DNA of 64,000 nucleotides from contig OY970172.1 in the NCBI GenBank assembly GCA_963707655.1, positions 352,001 to 416,000 of the forward strand. The letters are read 5' to 3'. The notes under the pieces were generated by a model that saw only the letters and a program-made list of their open reading frames with translations, made no database searches and was not told where the DNA came from. A program made the position numbers and the translations under genes. The DNA is from an uncultured bacterium. Its GTDB lineage: Bacteria > Babelota > Babeliae > Babelales > Vermiphilaceae. Every line of letters starts with the position of its first letter. Positions within the stretch are counted from its first letter, which is position 1. Below, piece after piece: positions 50,710-60,044 of this stretch.

Positions 50710-51111
50710 ATGTTTAAAAAATTATTTTTCTTGCCTCTCGCGGTAATTGCTTCTGTTCACGCAATGGATAATGCAGAAACAAACAATCCTGCACCATGTG
50801 CCGCCAACAAAGATTCACTCACGCAATTAGTAAAAACAGCAACCATAGTTACCATAATCGCGCGCCACGATTCAAACAAAATAGAAAAGTTTGAATTTCC
50901 CATTCAGGACCAAACCACTGCTGGTGATGTGCAGTCTGCTGCGATGTACAAAATAAATGATAAAAAAAGCTTTCTTGGAGATTACCACAATGACGCGATC
51001 TTGGTTACTCCCAATCACAAAAACATGCTTATGGGCCACTCGCTCATAAAAGCAGAAATGACGAAATACAATACATCAACCTTTGACCTCGTCCCAGAAC
51101 ATTGGGTTTGA
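50710..51111 (+). CDS. Secreted small protein, RA/ubiquitin-like fold candidate (family member 1)
   Basis: MFKK…VHA-MD; VTII…FPIQDQTTAGDV…MTKYNTSTFDLV. Confidence 0.75.
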   Translation: MFKKLFFLPLAVIASVHAMDNAETNNPAPCAANKDSLTQLVKTATIVTIIARHDSNKIEKFEFPIQDQTTAGDVQSAAMYKINDKKSFLGDYHNDAILVTPNHKNMLMGHSLIKAEMTKYNTSTFDLVPEHWV

Positions 51112-51200
51112 TCCCTTCCCGCATACTTGCAAAACAATAAAAACTCACCGATAATGTAGGTGAGTTTTTTATTTAACAGCCCGCCAAAAAAGGAGTAATC

Positions 51201-51740
51201 ATGTTTAAAAAATTACTTTTCTTATCTCTATCACTCGTTGTTGCCGCCACTGCAATGGATATCCCTAATTTGATTGATGAAGATAGTACAACCGCACAGT
51301 TTGCAATTTATGTTGATGGCACTGTAGCCTTTTTGGCGCCACAGCCTGAACGTAAAAACATTTGTGTTTCATTTCCAATCCGTGGCCCGCTCGCTCGTGA
51401 CATACGCTGGTGTCGTCTTTATTGTCTCGTTAAAGATACAACCACGGCGAACCATATTAAACAGTTTATCACAAAGGCAATGCCTACCGCATATTCCAAA
51501 GACCCCCAATATAAAGACCATATAAGCTATAATTCATATACACTTTGCGCTGTTGATTACAAACCTATCCTGTGCGGCCTATTGAGATCACGAGAACTCA
51601 GACCGTTGGATGACCACGAATTAGTTAATCCATACACATATGCAAAAGATACGCACTTTACCCTCGTCCCAAAGAATAACGAATTACTGTTGATCACAGA
51701 ACCTGACAAATCCCCCATCGATACTGAAATCGGAGACTAA
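51201..51740 (+). CDS. Secreted small protein, Ras-association-like (member 2)
   Basis: MFKK…ATA-MD; LVKDTTTANHI…YTLCAV…RPLDDHELV…FTLV. Confidence 0.75.
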   Translation: MFKKLLFLSLSLVVAATAMDIPNLIDEDSTTAQFAIYVDGTVAFLAPQPERKNICVSFPIRGPLARDIRWCRLYCLVKDTTTANHIKQFITKAMPTAYSKDPQYKDHISYNSYTLCAVDYKPILCGLLRSRELRPLDDHELVNPYTYAKDTHFTLVPKNNELLLITEPDKSPIDTEIGD

Positions 51741-51902
51741 GCAATAATACTCACAACCCACACAAAGAAGAGCTATTCATTCTTTTCTTTTTTTCTACCG
51801 GCTTTTCATATCACTTTCATACTCTTGCAAAAATGATTAACACCTACCGATACTATACTATGGGCTTTATGATTGTTTACCGTCTCAAAAAATGAAAGCG
51901 CA

Positions 51903-52295
51903 ATGTTTAAAAAAATACTTTTCTCATCTACTTTCTTAATTACTCTTCATGCAATGGATAATCCGGTACATAATCAAACTATCACCGTGATATCAAGAAT
52001 ACAGTTGTTGCCGGTCGCGTTCCAGATCCCCGTTAATGATACCACTACCATACAAGAAGTAGACGCAACCATGAAGAAGATGTGCCAATCACAGCTGATC
52101 AAACATCTTGCAGGCGCACCCTGCCAGCCACTCACTCAAGATAGTACTGAATTATGTGCACTCTATAGATCATGGACAACATTAAAGCTATGCAGGCACT
52201 GCTCTGGCCCATTAGAAAAAGCACAAACAATTAAAAGTGTTATAAATCACCTGAATCCCGATTTATTCTATTTTAGCCTGAAGGATGGCATCTGA
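51903..52295 (+). CDS. Secreted small protein (member 3)
   Basis: MFKK…LHA-MD; ITVI…IPVNDTTTIQEV…ELCA…PLEKAQTIK. Confidence 0.75.
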   Translation: MFKKILFSSTFLITLHAMDNPVHNQTITVISRIQLLPVAFQIPVNDTTTIQEVDATMKKMCQSQLIKHLAGAPCQPLTQDSTELCALYRSWTTLKLCRHCSGPLEKAQTIKSVINHLNPDLFYFSLKDGI

Positions 52296-52418
52296 ACCCC
52301 CAACCCCTAATAAGAAACACGCACCATCAGCAGGCTCTGCGCAAATTCTTGCAAAAATAATAAAATTTACTAATAATATGGGTGAGTTTTATTTTGTTCG
52401 TCTTAAAAAAGAGTAGGC

Positions 52419-52850
52419 ATGTTTAAAAATTTATTTTTCTTATCTGTATTCAGCATTATCTCTGTGGGCGCTATGGATGATTCGAAAGTAGAACAAGGTA
52501 AAGAAGCACTACCCCAATGGATAAAAGAGGCAACTGTAGTTACCGTAATTTTAGAACGTGGCATTTTCAACGACACCACAATACAGGTCCCTATTTATGA
52601 TGCAACATCCGTGGGCGAGGTGCGCACAAGAGCCATTACTTCACTCAATGAATTAGAATACATCCACAGCGGGAGAAAAACATACCAATTTACTGATGCA
52701 GAATTGGTGGCTCGCTCCTCTAGCATTTATTACACAAAAAGAACTTTGATGGGCCAGTCTTCCATCAAAAACATGATGAAAAAATACAACACAGCAACAT
52801 TTGAACTCATCCAGAGACAAAACAAAGCATCTGAACAGTGCGAAAAATAA
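52419..52850 (+). CDS. Secreted small protein (member 4)
   Basis: MFKN…VGA-MD; ATVVTVIL…VPIYDATSVGEV…MKKYNTATFELI. Confidence 0.78.
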   Translation: MFKNLFFLSVFSIISVGAMDDSKVEQGKEALPQWIKEATVVTVILERGIFNDTTIQVPIYDATSVGEVRTRAITSLNELEYIHSGRKTYQFTDAELVARSSSIYYTKRTLMGQSSIKNMMKKYNTATFELIQRQNKASEQCEK

Positions 52851-52871
52851 CCGCTCTCTTAATCTCACGCG

Positions 52872-53465
52872 CTATTTCCAGATGAGCGGCGCAATGTCGT
52901 CAACCGTTACGTTGTTATCCAAGCTCAACTCGCTATTGGTTACCCCTTTCCTGCCATTGTCCGGGCCAGTTTGCGGACGAACGCCGTCTTTATCAACGGT
53001 GATATACACGGTTTTGCCTGCAGTGAATTTATTATAAAAATCCGGCACTGGTGCCTTTTGTTCAAACCAAGTGCCGCCACCCTTTGACCTACAATTATTT
53101 TCAAACTCTTCTCTCAGAATTTTTTCTGAAACTTTGCTCAAAGGATCAATTGTCCATATAGCTAGATAAAAATCTCCTTGCAAATGAAAACCTCTTATCT
53201 GCCGGGATCCGCTATCCAACAGCGTAAGTAGGCGAACGTATGAGTTAACTTTCAGAGGCAGCCGACTACTCTTATCCAGACTAGCAAAAAGGCCTCTTTC
53301 ATAAGCCATGACCCATACAGGGCCACCAGTCTTATTGAGAACTTCTGCTGCGACATCTTCTTCCGTATGAATTTTTCTCTGCGCATCTCCATCAGCGCTC
53401 TGAGCCTGAAATGCTATGATTAATAGCATGCCGCGCACAATATTTTTTTCCCAATGCAGCTTCAT
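52872..53465 (-). CDS. Hypothetical secreted protein
   Basis: 197 aa; signal ending AQSA-D; GGGGGAAG RBS. Confidence 0.65.
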   Translation of the reverse strand: MKLHWEKNIVRGMLLIIAFQAQSADGDAQRKIHTEEDVAAEVLNKTGGPVWVMAYERGLFASLDKSSRLPLKVNSYVRLLTLLDSGSRQIRGFHLQGDFYLAIWTIDPLSKVSEKILREEFENNCRSKGGGTWFEQKAPVPDFYNKFTAGKTVYITVDKDGVRPQTGPDNGRKGVTNSELSLDNNVTVDDIAPLIWK

Positions 53466-53720
53466 AGTACTTCCCCCCTTGCGCTCAATGCGTTATTACC
53501 TTTTCGATGGAGCAATGCTTGCCAATAATTTTTAAAAATGCCCATTTTCATAACTCAGTGTAGCAGCACAAAAATTCAAATTGCAATGAACCCATCGCGG
53601 CGAGTCCCCAATAATGGGTAAAGTATCCTTTACCGTCAGACCTTGCAAAAATAGTAAAAGTCACTTACATTATCGGTAAGTTTTTTTGATCGCCTACTAT
53701 ACTATTGGATCTATTCGAAA

Positions 53721-54122
53721 ATGATTAAAAATATGATGCTTTTTTCCCTCTCTCTTGCTGCTTCTGCCCATGCAATGACGGATAGCATAGATCTGCCCCA
53801 ATCTATAAAAGATGCATCTACGGTGACGGTAATTTTACAAAAACATTGGTTCTCGAGCGACACCGAAACGCAGATTGCCATCACCGACACAACCACCGTT
53901 GCACACGTATGCCATGCAGGAAAAAATCAATTAAATGCTCTGCGAACACAAAAAACAGATGATCAGCGTCGCCTTACCTACACACTTACTGCGCAATTCT
54001 ACTGCAATCCCACTGATGACATTCTTTCTGAATCACAAGAATTGCCAAAAAACCGTTTCATCAAAGAAATGATGAAAAAATATGACACAGATATTTTTGT
54101 CCTCTGCGAAAATCAAAGTTAA
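53721..54122 (+). CDS. Secreted small protein (member 5)
   Basis: MIKN…AHA-MT; ASTVTVIL…IAITDTTTVAHV…MMKKYDTDIFVL. Confidence 0.78.
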   Translation: MIKNMMLFSLSLAASAHAMTDSIDLPQSIKDASTVTVILQKHWFSSDTETQIAITDTTTVAHVCHAGKNQLNALRTQKTDDQRRLTYTLTAQFYCNPTDDILSESQELPKNRFIKEMMKKYDTDIFVLCENQS

Positions 54123-54140
54123 AAAACTGCTCGAAATAGA

Positions 54141-54170
54141 AAAAGGGAGCCGATAAAAGCTCCCTTCTTT
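54141..54170. terminator. Bidirectional terminator
   Basis: AAAAGGGAGC-loop-GCTCCCTTCTTT between convergent genes. Confidence 0.75.
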
Positions 54171-54189
54171 ATCTCAAAAATTTCTAAGC

Positions 54190-54423
54190 TTAGTGCTTAC
54201 AATCTTTGCTACATGCCATGAAGAGCATGATCAAGCTAAAGACACCGGCAACGCCGATACAATAATAAATAGGATCAACAATGCTCATTGAAGTCATTGA
54301 ACCAAGTTTTTCAACAAGATTATGACCCAGCGGCTTTAATCCCCAGTTAATTGCCCCTAATGAAGCAAGCAACCAAGCAACCATAGCAACAATTTTCATG
54401 GCGCCATTGTGGTGATGAAACAT
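54190..54423 (-). CDS. DUF378-like small membrane protein
   Basis: LGAINWGL…NLV…IYYCIGVAG; AAGGAG RBS before ATG 54423. Confidence 0.8.
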   Translation of the reverse strand: MFHHHNGAMKIVAMVAWLLASLGAINWGLKPLGHNLVEKLGSMTSMSIVDPIYYCIGVAGVFSLIMLFMACSKDCKH

Positions 54424-54693
54424 AACTATTCTCCTTCGTGAATAATTTGTAAAAAGATGAGACCTACTCTTCTTCTCATAACATAAAAAAAGAGTGGATT
54501 CAATGGTTCTGTGAGAATGTGCAGGGAGCATGCATGAAAAACTTATAAATAAGGCATTTTAATGATTCGTGCCAACTGTTTGCTCCCCGGTTCATTGACG
54601 CCCTATACATTTAATAGTCCAAAGTTGAAAAAAAGGTTCTTTTCCAGCACACTTATAGATACATAATCAATGTTGAAACAATAGGAATATCAA

Positions 54694-55806
54694 ATGACCA
54701 TTCAAGCCGGCCTGGTAGGATTGCCCAATGTGGGCAAATCAAGTTTATTTAATGCTCTAACCAAATCAAGTGTCCCTGCTGAAAATTACCCTTTCTGCAC
54801 GATTGACCCACACATGGCCATCACCTATGTACCCGATCAGCGCCTGGATGACATGCAAAGAATATACGGTTCAAAAAAGCATATTCCCGCTACGGTTAAT
54901 TTTGTTGATATCGCCGGCCTGGTCAAAGGAGCAGCTTCTGGTCAGGGTCTGGGCAACCAGTTCTTGAGCCACATTCGTGAAGTGGACCTCATTTTACACG
55001 TATTGCGCTGCTTTGAAGATAGCAACATTCTCCACTCAGGCGACACGATTGACCCCATCTCCGATTATGAGATTATTATTGCCGAACTGATGCTCAAAGA
55101 TCTTGAATCGGTAGAAAAACGATTACAAAAGATGGAAAAATTGATCAAAACAAGCGCAAGCAAGCCGGCAGAAAAAAAAGAGCTGGAAGCAGAAGAAATA
55201 ATATTAAAAAAACTTATGCCCGCTTTAAATGCTGCTGATCTCAAGGCGGTACACACGCTCACTAAAAATGCGCCAAGCACCCTGATCCCTCTATTGTCGG
55301 CAAAAAACTTTCTTGTTATAGCCAATGTTGCCGAAGACGAGCTTGAAAATGATGGCTACAAGAACAATAAGCATTATCAAAAATTAGTGCAGCACTTTGG
55401 CGCCGATCGCGTAATTGCCGTATGCGCAAAGGTTGAATATGAACTCTCACAATTAAATCCTGAAGAAGCACAAGAGATGATGGGATTGCTCGGTATACAA
55501 GAACGCAGCCTTGATCGCATCATTCAAGAAACCTATAATCATCTGGGCCTTATCACCTTTTTTACCTGCGGTCCGCAAGAAGCTCATGCCTGGCCAATAA
55601 AAAAGGGTATTACTATTCGTAAAGCGGCAGGTGAAATCCATTCCGATCTTGAGCGTGGCTTTATCTGCGCAGAAATCTTTAACTGCAACGATCTTATCAA
55701 AGCAGGCAGCGAGGCAAAGCTCAAAGACACCGGCAAGATGCGCACCGAGGGCCAAGATTATGTGGTACAAGATGGTGACGTGGTTCATATTAAATTTAAT
55801 GTATGA
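54694..55806 (+). CDS. ychF: Ribosome-binding ATPase YchF
   Basis: GLVGLPNVGKS, NYPFCTIDP, DIAGLVKGA, IHSDLERGFI, YVVQDGD. Confidence 0.98.
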   Translation: MTIQAGLVGLPNVGKSSLFNALTKSSVPAENYPFCTIDPHMAITYVPDQRLDDMQRIYGSKKHIPATVNFVDIAGLVKGAASGQGLGNQFLSHIREVDLILHVLRCFEDSNILHSGDTIDPISDYEIIIAELMLKDLESVEKRLQKMEKLIKTSASKPAEKKELEAEEIILKKLMPALNAADLKAVHTLTKNAPSTLIPLLSAKNFLVIANVAEDELENDGYKNNKHYQKLVQHFGADRVIAVCAKVEYELSQLNPEEAQEMMGLLGIQERSLDRIIQETYNHLGLITFFTCGPQEAHAWPIKKGITIRKAAGEIHSDLERGFICAEIFNCNDLIKAGSEAKLKDTGKMRTEGQDYVVQDGDVVHIKFNV

Positions 55807-55834
55807 TTTTCGCTCACGAAGATATGGGGATAGT

Positions 55835-56392
55835 ATGACTATACAGCAAGCTCTGCATCTCTCTTTGTATCTTGGCTTAATAATACCGGCTATTAATTTC
55901 CCCATGGCGTCACCCGATTATCAAAGTCAAATTGTTCATTGTTGGAAAAAAACCGATCTGAGGGATGCGGTAAAAGATGATATAGTGGTGCGGGATAATA
56001 CCATAGAAATATTAACTTACCTCACACAAGTCAGTTCACCTTTCAAATGGATCGATGCGGATCAAAATGATTTTATTGATTTTCTTTATAAACAATTAAA
56101 CACAGATGAACAGACAAAAAAGCGTGATGCACCTTTAATGCTACCCTTGCCTCAGGATGCGCCACTTCAAGCACAAAGAGAACGCAAGCAAAGAATCAGC
56201 GATTTTATTCTCAGCCTCTACGGTGAGCTCCAGGTAAAACGCTCTTTGGAGAAGCATGATCAGTATTTGAAAAAACAAATGGCTGCGGAACAACTGACAC
56301 AATTCAAAACGTACAAAAAGGGAAGATTTATCTTGTATGTACGGCAACCGGTAGAGCCCTCTGAAAAAACTATCTCTGCCGACAGCAACTGA
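55835..56392 (+). CDS. Hypothetical secreted protein
   Basis: Start at MTIQQ; hydrophobic N-terminus. Confidence 0.6.
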   Translation: MTIQQALHLSLYLGLIIPAINFPMASPDYQSQIVHCWKKTDLRDAVKDDIVVRDNTIEILTYLTQVSSPFKWIDADQNDFIDFLYKQLNTDEQTKKRDAPLMLPLPQDAPLQAQRERKQRISDFILSLYGELQVKRSLEKHDQYLKKQMAAEQLTQFKTYKKGRFILYVRQPVEPSEKTISADSN

Positions 56393-56492
56393 GAATAGTA
56401 CAAAGAAAATCCCGCTACTTTGCATACAACAATACAAAATAACGGGATATTTTTATGCCATCATCGCCACAGTACGTTCTGGCAAGATACTA

Positions 56493-56753
56493 TTACTTAA
56501 TTTTATAAGAAGAAGCATCCTCCACTTGGCCTTCACGATCATGTTCTTTTTCTTCTTGGCGCTCAAGCTCTGCCTTACGATCTTTTTCTCCCTGGCTTTC
56601 ACGACGCCTTTCACTATCTATCTTTTCTTGTGCTTCTTGTCTGTCGGTGTAACCACCACGATTTGTTCCTGCACCGTTGTTACTATAGGCATACACTGGG
56701 GAAGCGCTGAGCAAAAATGCAATACCAAATACTATCGGTTTACTCATCTTCAT
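56493..56753 (-). CDS. Small secreted highly charged protein
   Basis: MKMSK…SPVYA signal; E/R/K-rich body. Confidence 0.7.
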   Translation of the reverse strand: MKMSKPIVFGIAFLLSASPVYAYSNNGAGTNRGGYTDRQEAQEKIDSERRRESQGEKDRKAELERQEEKEHDREGQVEDASSYKIK

Positions 56754-56881
56754 AATTATTCCCCTCTCTCATTTTTATTAACACCCATTTGGCCATAAAA
56801 AAACTCCCCGCCTTTCAAAGGCCGAGAATGAATGAGCCAACTCATTGTAATAAAAACGGGGGCTTTTAAGCCCCCGCATAG

Positions 56882-57283
56882 TTACTTAGAATTAATGGTA
56901 TAGCCACCATCAAGTATTCTTGCATTGGTGTTAGCTGGATAACCTACTTGTGCCGGAGTACCTGTCTGGTATCCTGTAGGCTGTTGATATCCGGTAGGGG
57001 CATGAAGATGACCGTTACCGGCCTGATAACCTACTTGTGCTTGGGTACCATTACCAGCTTGATAACCTACTTGGGCTTGGCTACCTCGCACAGGAAGAGC
57101 ATGCATTTCTCCCTCATGGTAAGGCTGGCTACGCATTTCTCCCTCATAGTAAGGCTGGCTATGCATTTCGCCTTCATGGTAAGGAAGAGTTCGTACTCTG
57201 CCCTCATCTAAACCTACTGCTGCCAATATAGGCGCAGACATTAATAAAGCTACCGCTATTAAAGCTTTTTTATTCATCTTCAT
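56882..57283 (-). CDS. Small secreted repeat protein
   Basis: MKMNK…APILA signal; 3x PY(H/Y)EGEM(H/R) and 2-3x AQVGY repeats. Confidence 0.78.
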   Translation of the reverse strand: MKMNKKALIAVALLMSAPILAAVGLDEGRVRTLPYHEGEMHSQPYYEGEMRSQPYHEGEMHALPVRGSQAQVGYQAGNGTQAQVGYQAGNGHLHAPTGYQQPTGYQTGTPAQVGYPANTNARILDGGYTINSK

Positions 57284-57347
57284 AAACTATTCTCCTTTTT
57301 TATATATCACTATCGGTCTCTTAAAAAATCAAAATCTTTATAAACAC

Positions 57348-57698
57348 TCAATCCTTTTTTAATGCAGGCTCGCCCGCAAAGAATATATATCGCCGCGCTG
57401 CACCCGGCATAGCCATATCTTCATTTTTCAAGTAATACGCACCCACATAATTGGTAAACATAAGGTGTGGCGGCGTACCCGTTGCAGAAACTTTTTCACC
57501 ATACACGGGAGAAATAACGGTGCCATCGGAACAGATGATTGCACTATCTTTGATCGGTTGCCCTGCCTGCAAAGAGATAAAATCCTCTTTACCCACAAAA
57601 AAGCATTCCCGCCCATCTTTTACCCCACCTGCCGTATTCAGGAGCAAAATTAGGCTGTTTAGTACAAAAAACTTTCCTGCGCTACTTGAATTAACCAT
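57348..57698 (-). CDS. Hypothetical protein
   Basis: 116-aa ORF; no recognised motif. Confidence 0.35.
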   Translation of the reverse strand: MVNSSSAGKFFVLNSLILLLNTAGGVKDGRECFFVGKEDFISLQAGQPIKDSAIICSDGTVISPVYGEKVSATGTPPHLMFTNYVGAYYLKNEDMAMPGAARRYIFFAGEPALKKD

Positions 57699-57882
57699 AT
57701 CCCATTCCCCACATATCTTCTATCTACCCTTATAATAATACAAAGTGAATTTAAAAAACAAGCATTTTGTGTTTGAAATCAAGCATATTTTTTATCAAAT
57801 ATCGGGAAATATGGTATACTATCTTATAAATAAAGAATAGGGTATAGTTACTTGAAACTAATGAGTTTTTTGGTGGGTCACA

Positions 57883-58018
57883 ATGAAGCGCCCAACGGGT
57901 TTAAATCCGTTGTGTTGCGCGTAATTCTTCGAAGCCAACCCTACTACGCTAAAGCTTCGAAGGGTTCTAATTGCCGATTCATCCCCGAGACAAAATGTTT
58001 CGGGGGGTCTGGCGAAGT
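57883..58018. repeat. Hairpin cluster, MITE/REP-like
   Basis: Three palindromes: CAACGG-GTTTAAAT-CCGTTG, CTTCGAAGC…GCTTCGAAG, CCCCGAGACA-AAA-TGTTTCGGGG. Confidence 0.55.
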
Positions 58019-58044
58019 AGAACAATAACTATGAGTGTAAAACT

Positions 58045-58530
58045 ATGAAAAGAAAAAAAGGTTTTTTTTCCATATCTGCAGTGGCAAAAATGTTTTCTGT
58101 ACATCAGCAAACAATTCGTCTGTATGAAAAAGAGGGATTGATCACTCCCAAAAGATCTGAGGGTAATACCCGTCTTTTCTCGGATGAAGATGTAGAAAGG
58201 CTCGAGGAAATCATGTATCTAACTCACCAACTGGGTATCAACCTTGCCGGGGTTGAAATGATTTTTAAGCTCAAAAAACAGATTAAAAAAATGCAAAAAA
58301 ATATGAATAGACTCTTTGATGAAACGCAGCAAGAGCTTGATAAAGAAGCAGAAATCCCGCAACAAGCGGTAAAAAATAGCGCCCGCACCTTACTAAAAAT
58401 TAAGCACGAGCGGGTAATGCCCGGCGAGACGGCACATAGAGAGTTGTTGCCGGCACCGGAAAAGAGTACAACGAAGCAACAAAACAATTTCTCCCTAGAG
58501 AACTGGGAAGTCGAATATGATGAAGATTAG
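58045..58530 (+). CDS. hspR: MerR-family heat-shock repressor HspR
   Basis: SISAVAKMFSVHQQTIRLYEKEGLITPKRSEGNTRLFS…LTHQLGINLAGVE. Confidence 0.85.
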   Translation: MKRKKGFFSISAVAKMFSVHQQTIRLYEKEGLITPKRSEGNTRLFSDEDVERLEEIMYLTHQLGINLAGVEMIFKLKKQIKKMQKNMNRLFDETQQELDKEAEIPQQAVKNSARTLLKIKHERVMPGETAHRELLPAPEKSTTKQQNNFSLENWEVEYDED

Positions 58531-58579
58531 AATTTTTGAGATTTTTTTACTATAGCTCTCATGACAGGAGGCATTGACC

Positions 58580-59443
58580 ATGTTCGCAAATTATTTTAAA
58601 ACCACCCTACTTCTTGGCGCATTGAGTGGATTATTGGTAGCGACCGGATCATTACTGGGCGGAACGCACGGGCTAACCATTGCTCTGTGGATGGCAGCGG
58701 TGATCAATGGCATAGCATATTTTTTTTCGGACCGTATCGTTCTTGGTATGTATGGCGCGCAAAAACTTGATGCCGACTCTTATCCCCACCTCTATAGCAC
58801 GGTAGAAGAATTGTGTGGCATTATGCAACTCCCCTTGCCAAAATTGTGGATCGTAAATACCCCAATGGCAAATGCTTTTGCAACGGGCCGCTCTCCGCGC
58901 CATGCCTCAATAGCAGTTACCCGGGGCATTTTAGAAATTCTTGATGCCGATGAATTGCGCGGCGTTTTAGCACATGAACTGGCCCACATTAAAAATCGCG
59001 ATATTTTAATCGGCACCGTTGCCGCCATGATCGCCTCGGCTATAGGCTATCTGGGAAGTATGGCGCGCCATTCATTGTTTTGGGGATCATCCAATAAAAA
59101 GCAGAACAACAATACTGCGGTGACTTTAATAGTGGCAATTTTTGTTCCCCTCGCCGCTACATTGATGCAACTGGCAGTTTCACGCTCACGCGAATATGCA
59201 GCAGATGAAACGGGCGCACATTCATGCCATGATCCGTTGGCATTAGCCTCCGCTCTTGAAAAACTGCACCGGCACACCGCGCATACCCATGCATATGCAA
59301 AAAACGAAGCGCATGCAAGCAGCGCGGCCCTCTTCATTGTGCACCCGTTGAGTTGTAACACAGTACGCTCATTATTTGCTACCCATCCTCCATTGGAAAA
59401 GCGAATAGAGCGCCTGCATCAAATGCACAGAAAAATGTTTTAA
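58580..59443 (+). CDS. htpX: Zinc metalloprotease HtpX
   Basis: NAFATGR, GVLAHELAH, SRSREYAAD, FATHPP. Confidence 0.95.
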   Translation: MFANYFKTTLLLGALSGLLVATGSLLGGTHGLTIALWMAAVINGIAYFFSDRIVLGMYGAQKLDADSYPHLYSTVEELCGIMQLPLPKLWIVNTPMANAFATGRSPRHASIAVTRGILEILDADELRGVLAHELAHIKNRDILIGTVAAMIASAIGYLGSMARHSLFWGSSNKKQNNNTAVTLIVAIFVPLAATLMQLAVSRSREYAADETGAHSCHDPLALASALEKLHRHTAHTHAYAKNEAHASSAALFIVHPLSCNTVRSLFATHPPLEKRIERLHQMHRKMF

Positions 59444-59511
59444 TCGGCAACAAAAAAATGCAACGCTTATAAAAAGTTATAAACAGCACATGGCGACAAA
59501 GGAGAAAATAA

Positions 59512-59985
59512 ATGGACCACGATTCATTCAACAATGACGAAGCAGAAAACAATCAATTTATTATCTCGTATGAACTGGTTGCTTTACTGCGATGGCTCAT
59601 TGAAAATGATACTGATAAATTTAAAAAAATAATTACCAAATCATATTCAGCGGGTCTCAAAGACGACATTCATCGCATTCAAAACAAACAGGAAGAGGTA
59701 ACCATAGAAGATATTCATTTTACCATTCTAGAATTTTTGAGTCTGCTTGATTCATTAATTCATGAAACTATAAATGAAAAAGTTGTACAACGCGCCGTTG
59801 AAAAAAATTTGATGCCGACCATCGAACACATCGATTCAAAAATTTTTGACGACGCTACTGTCCGCTCAAGCGTTGAGCGAGCAACAGCAAGCAATGATAA
59901 ACATCCACACGAAAACCCTCATACGGTCCTCTATAAAGAGCTGCTCAAGCGATGGAAGCCAAATAAAAAAATGGTAATCAATTAA
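59512..59985 (+). CDS. Hypothetical protein
   Basis: 157 aa with AAGGAG RBS. Confidence 0.75.
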   Translation: MDHDSFNNDEAENNQFIISYELVALLRWLIENDTDKFKKIITKSYSAGLKDDIHRIQNKQEEVTIEDIHFTILEFLSLLDSLIHETINEKVVQRAVEKNLMPTIEHIDSKIFDDATVRSSVERATASNDKHPHENPHTVLYKELLKRWKPNKKMVIN

Positions 59986-59990
59986 AAATA

Positions 59991-60024
59991 AAAAAAGCCC
60001 TGTGCAAAAACGCAGGGCTTTTTT
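59991..60024. terminator. Bidirectional terminator
   Basis: AAAAAAGCCCTG…CAGGGCTTTTTT. Confidence 0.8.
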
Positions 60025-60044
60025 ATTGCGATAGGTAAAAAAAT

